From the human T2T-CHM13v2.0 reference genome, Homo sapiens, in assembly GCF_009914755.1 (NCBI RefSeq), contig NC_060934.1: 64,000 bases of DNA. The stretch is one strand, 5' to 3'. Numbering within the stretch: the stretch's first letter is position 1; every line of letters begins with the position of its first letter. The translations under genes were made by a program, and so were the position numbers. This document shows positions 58,092-64,000 of this stretch, piece by piece. Below the pieces are notes generated by a model. The model ran no database searches, had not been told where the DNA came from, and saw nothing but the letters and a program-made list of their open reading frames with translations.

Positions 58092-58407
58092 TTTTTTTTT
58101 TTTTTTTTTTTTTTTTTTGAGACAGGGTCTTGCTCTGTCACCTAGGCTGGAGTGAAGTGGTGCAATCATGGCCCACTGCAGCCTTGTCCTCCCAGGTTCA
58201 GGTGATCCTCCCACCTCAGCCTCTCAAGTAGCTGAAACCACAGGTGTGCACCACCAGTCCTGGCTGATTTATTTTTATTTTTATTTTTCTAGAGACGTGG
58301 TCTCACTATGTTGCCCAGGCTGGTTTCAAAATCCTGGCCTCAAGCGATCCTCCCACCTTGGCCTCCTGAAATGTTGGGTTTACAGGCATGAGCCACTGTG
58401 CCCAGCC
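58092..58407 (-). mobile_element. AluJ
   Basis: Long poly(T) plus gagacagggtcttgctctg...ctatgttgcccagg. Confidence 0.92.
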
Positions 58408-58548
58408 TAGAGGAGGGTATTAATATCAAAATTTTTTGAAAAGGAGTGCTCTCCAGCCAAAAAGTTCAACATAAAAAAAACATAAAAAGTTGTTTTTTTA
58501 TAAAGGGGATTTGAGGGAACTGACATTTTAAAAGAAACGTATTTCCCT

Positions 58549-58921
58549 CCACATGGTTTGGCTATGTCCCCACTCAAATCTCATCTTGAATTATAGTTCC
58601 CATAATCCCCATGTGTCACGGGAGGGACCTGGTGAAAGGTAACTGAATCGTGGGGGCGGTTCCCCCATGCTATTCTCATAATAGTGAGGAAGTTCTCATG
58701 AGATCTGGTGGTTTTATAAAGGGCATCCGCCTTTGCTCGGTTCTCATTCTTCTCTCTCCTGCCGCCATACGAAGAAGGATGTGTTTTCTTCCCCTCTGCC
58801 ATGATTGCAAATTTCCTGAGGCCTCCGCAGCCATGCTAAACTGTGAGTCAATTAAACCTCTTTCCTTCATAAATCAGTCTCAATTATCTCTTTATTAGCA
58901 GCATGAGAATGGACTAATACA
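58549..58921 (+). mobile_element. THE1 (D-like) solo LTR
   Basis: atggtttggctatgtcccc...gtgagtcaattaaacc...ggactaataca. Confidence 0.9.
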
Positions 58922-59568
58922 CCCCACCAAAATCAATATCGACATTTTATATATAGTGAAACAAATTCTCCTTCAAGTTGTATTTTACATTTGTGACACT
59001 TAAAAATGTAACCACTAGAGACATTTAAAAAGTAGTAACTGTTTGTTTTGCAACTATAGGTCCGAATGATTTTCAAAAAGTGGACACTGTCATCTTGAGA
59101 ATGAAATACTGTAACAGGTTGGACTGAGGAATATAAGGAAGATGAAAAACCCTTCAATATGTGTGTCTGTATGAATCTGATGTTCTCTGGGGCCCAGATA
59201 CCTCTAAGTGTTAACTAATTTTATTGTAATAATTATAATTTCAAGGATGACATTATTATGAGTAACCAACATTTTGTCTAATACTTTATACTTTTCAAAG
59301 TGCTTTTAATCACACACTTTCATAATTAGAGAATTTACTTAAAGTGCTGTCCAATCATTTGACAAAAATGAGTTCTGACACCAGAGATGATGGTGCCTGT
59401 TAGAAGGGCTCAGGGCACACTCCTCATGATTTATGGGCTGACTTAAAACCCATGGCTGATTGATGGGATCCAGGAGTGTTGAAGAGCAGAACACCAGGCT
59501 ACAGAGACACCTGCTGCCTGTAAATTTTAACTTGGTCAGGACAGGGAAACACTGAGTCCCTTGGCTTA

Positions 59569-59766
<198 letters not shown>

Positions 59767-62157
59767 TCATAAAAGAAGCTTGTATTGCCTTTTAACAGGT
59801 TTTTTCTTTTACCATTATGGTTCCTCTCAAACCCCATCCTTCTAATGCCATCTCATGTCACAATTAAAAAAAAAAAGACCAGATATTAAAAAACATCTTG
59901 GAGTCATGCAAACAGCCTGATAAGCCCCCACATTCCAGCACCAACACAGCCTAACAGTTCATTTCCATATTGCACTGCAGAATGCTGATGCATTGACGTT
60001 TCCGATGAAGTTATTTTATGGTAGAGATGATTACCCAAACTTGTCTCAGTCCTGGAACCACAACATGCTGAACTATTTCTCTTCATCACAAGAAATAGTT
60101 TCAAGAGAAAAGAAAATACAAACTACCTTTCACCAGTTTAAACAACATAAAGGTGATGATGACTCATCCCAATGAGATAAAGCAAACAATTTAAACATTA
60201 CTGAAAATGTAACAAGTATTTGCTGTACAGGGTCAGCAAATACACAGAAGGATTTCTGCCCTTCTTCCCACTTATGCACACATGTAGACAGCATAGCCAC
60301 TTATCTGTTTCCGAAAAGAAAAATCCTGAATTTGCAGGAATTTTGACTCTTTACTAAGTAAGGCAAGAAGGTAACATTTAACATATAACTAGGCGAGAAT
60401 TAGATTGATGACTAACAAGATGAGAAAATATTGGAAGCAGATTTCTCAAATGTTACATGAGATACAAAGCAGGTATATGGGGAAAAGAAAAACTGCTTTA
60501 TAGTAAATTTTGACATAAGGGTCTTCCATTTTTACATAATAACTTACCATTCTAGGAGTCAAAGAACTATTTTACAAAACAGTTGTCCAATTATGGTGTT
60601 TGATAAATAGCTGCTAAAAGGAATCTTTCATAGGAATTATAAACCATCATTCTAGGTTAAAATGTGCTGAATGATGACTTTCAAAACACTGAGGCAAAAG
60701 GATACAAAGAATAAGAAAAGTTACGCCCAAGGATTCAAGACTATCTTGTAGCTAAATTCAGAAATAAACTCTTACAATTTCATTAGATGTTAATTTATTG
60801 CCATTGCCTTTACTGTTTATGTAATGAGAAGAGTCAAGTCGATGAATCAAAACACCTTCCTTTTAAATCATTAATGAGCTTCCCCCCCTACATATCAATG
60901 AAGACAAACAAATATATGCAGGCAACCATAAAATTTCTAAAAATAATCACTTGCAATGCAGAAAACTGCAGGGTGCTTACATTAAATGTAATTCACAAGC
61001 TGTGTCTTTAAATTTATATCCAAGAAAAGCTGCACCAGACCACAACAAATAGAGCAGAAAATCCTGAGATTAAAATATTTCCAAATTATAAGAGAGGACC
61101 TAGGACTTAAAGTAGATGAATGTATTAATCTGAATGTTCAGAATCATCTTGAATAAAGATATCAAGATTTTTGGATGCTGGGATAATATGAGCAAAAATA
61201 TGCATAAATATATAAATGAAAAGGAAACATGTCTTGTCTTTGGGATTCTGATTTACTTAGTGAAATATTCTGCGTTCAGTCTTACTTACAATCAGCATAA
61301 ATAACAGTATCCAGTAAAGCCAAGAATGCTTGGAATTTTACATTTTTTATGGGCTGAGTTTTCTATTATTCATAATCATATTTATATCAGGTATCTGATG
61401 AAACTCTGCTATAAGCTTCATCCTGAACACAAAATAAAGCCACCATGAATTTTGGTACAGTGAGAATAGAATGAGAATATCTGAGGTTCAAAATTATACA
61501 AAAAGAATTGAGGAAATATATCCAGCACCTAAATGTGTTATAATATGTATAAAATAGTTCTAATTGGTGCCTTCTATTTCCCTATTAAGACACATGGCTC
61601 TAAGGGGAATCATTCTCAGAGCTTAATTTATATGACAGACATGTAGCTAAATGTCAATTCTGTTCTCTAATTTTATGATACAGCATGTGAGGTTTTGAAA
61701 TCAGAGCTAGCTTGGTTGTCAAGGTTACCATGATAACACTCATGGTATTGAACACATACTAGTTGCTATCCAGATGACCTGTAAACAAGTACAGACAGGA
61801 CCTTGGGGGTTGGAAAAAAAGGAATCTTGTGATGATAGTAGCACAATGCCATCACACAATACAGGTCCTGAGGGCCCAACTTCTAACTATGTCACATCAA
61901 TATCTAAATGCATGAAATGCCATTGGAAAGCTGGAAAAATAATTCAATGTCCTGTAAATATTTCACCTCAAAATAATGATAGTTAAAGAAAAGAGGTTGT
62001 GCTGAGAGCAATACTACCTCTGAAGATAAAATAACTTATTGAGTCAAAATTCTATCTGTATATCAGAAAAAAGGTCTTCTTTTTTTTCATATTCACATTT
62101 AGGTGCTATGAGAATCTGTGCTCATTATTTTACACTGAAAGCAGTTAAAAATAAGAT

Positions 62158-62474
<317 letters not shown>

Positions 62475-64000
62475 TAAGTATCACAATGCTTAAATGTCTT
62501 GTGGTTAACCCTTGTTGATCTAAATACAAATGCAAGTTAAGAAAACTTTACATAAAGATTACACAGAATTCTATTCTTAAGGTCTGCCATATGAACGTAG
62601 CTCCCTAAAACCAAGTTTAACCAAAAGGCTAAGCATTAGGAATCAATGGACGCAGTGACAGAGCTATAGAAAGATGCAGCTTTGATGCATTTCTCCTTAC
62701 CAACATTCTTTTGTAACTCCTAATTCTCAACACATCAGTATCCTCTGTGATATAAACACATATACAATCAAGTAACTATTTTCAGAATGCCATTTATTCC
62801 CTCTAGATTTTGAGCCATTTTTTTTTAATCTAGTCAAAGAAGGCACAAGACCTGCAGCTAAGAATATCTCCAGCTTTAGGCAGAATGCCAAGGAACTAGA
62901 GATATTAAATAACTTTTAATCAAAACATTCATTCCCATGTGGAGACTGTTCAATGTCTGACATAAGCTTGTGTTTAAAAAATACCATTCCTCTGAAAGAT
63001 AAAAAGAAACAGGCAAGTTCTAGCATTTCTATTTCTATGGCTCTGTTACATTTTTTAACTTTGAAGAGTCAGTTTAAAAATAATTGGGAGTGGTGAGTGT
63101 GATGAGGACATTCTCACATATCAGGCAGTAGGGTTAGTCTAGAAATGACCTCAGGGGTCCTGTTTCAGCTGTAAAAGAATCAAATAGGATTTAAATGGAG
63201 TCCTACAGATATTTGGGGTAAAAAGCATAAGAATTCGAGAATGCAGAGGCAGAGTACAGGGTACATGAGATTGTAAACTCCAGAACCTGAATACTGAGAA
63301 GGGGTAGGAAGGAGTTTGGAATGTTTATTGTACTTACTTTTATTAAATATTTTACGTTTCACTGGGCTAAACAGTTTTATTAGAGAAAGCCAGAATTACA
63401 AAGGACTTAAGGATATATGGTCTTAGTTGCTTGCCCTTGCCCACGGAATGTTTATATCTTAGGGAAAAATGACTTCTTCTTTCTAAGGAGAAAATATCAA
63501 TATAAAAATTTCGCTGGGTACTAAGACATCAAATAATGTCCATGAAATAATGTTTTGACTAGTCAAATCAAAAACAATCTGAAATAAATCGAAATGTTGA
63601 AACAATTGGAGATCTTGTTTCATAGAGGAGTGGGAGTGAATCAGAGAGACCAAGTCATCCAAAAATGCCTGAGCTGATAAAGCCAAGCTCAGCTGCATCA
63701 GTTTTACTTCAGATTTTAAACAAACAAAAAAAAGCATTTTTTTCAGTTATCTTTCGAGGGGAACACTGGCCAAAGATAGCATGTGAAAGATTGGCAAGGA
63801 TATTTGAATAACATAAGGAGTACATGCAAAGTTGGGACCAATCTTTGTTGGAGGATTAAAGAAAAAAAAATCCAAAAAAAGTGCATCTTACCCACATATC
63901 TTGGCCCTAGCTAGACTTTGAACAGCAAAATACCACACATGTTCTCAGAGACTGTCTTTATAATGTCTACAGTCAAATATAGCAGAGTTGGTGGGAAAAG

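Noticed and set aside
47718-58921. THE1 LTR pair as the two ends of one provirus
   Set aside because: The first LTR has its own TSD on both sides, the copies differ substantially, and no THE1 internal sequence lies between them.

Overview
Human-type (primate Alu-rich) genomic DNA containing the 3' part of RHOBTB1 on the minus strand. Seven coding exons are resolved with GT-AG boundaries and consistent phases (59755-59570, 55942-54969, 52986-52868, 44813-44663, 41797-41709, 39045-38940, 38406-38237; 1795 nt). They encode the C-terminal half of the atypical Rho GTPase domain, the proline-rich linker, two BTB domains and the C-terminus ending SPAVA*. The 5' exons lie beyond position 64000. A ~2 kb 3'UTR runs to an AATAAA at 36215-36210. 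Positions 1-36 kb are intergenic and dominated by Alu, MIR, L1, L2, MaLR LTR and DNA-transposon fossils; repeat subfamilies are assigned by eye and old-repeat boundaries are approximate. I found no prokaryote-style system. The most promising signals concern RHOBTB1 3'-end processing and are all inferences: a well-formed distal terminal exon at ~27.9-27.6 kb, a candidate 3'UTR intron, a proximal poly(A) signal upstream of a set of 8mer miRNA sites, and a + strand mini-intron with back-to-back poly(A) signals that hints at a convergent antisense RNA. An unexplained 18-bp hairpin and an LTR fragment captured with a target-site duplication are also worth checking.
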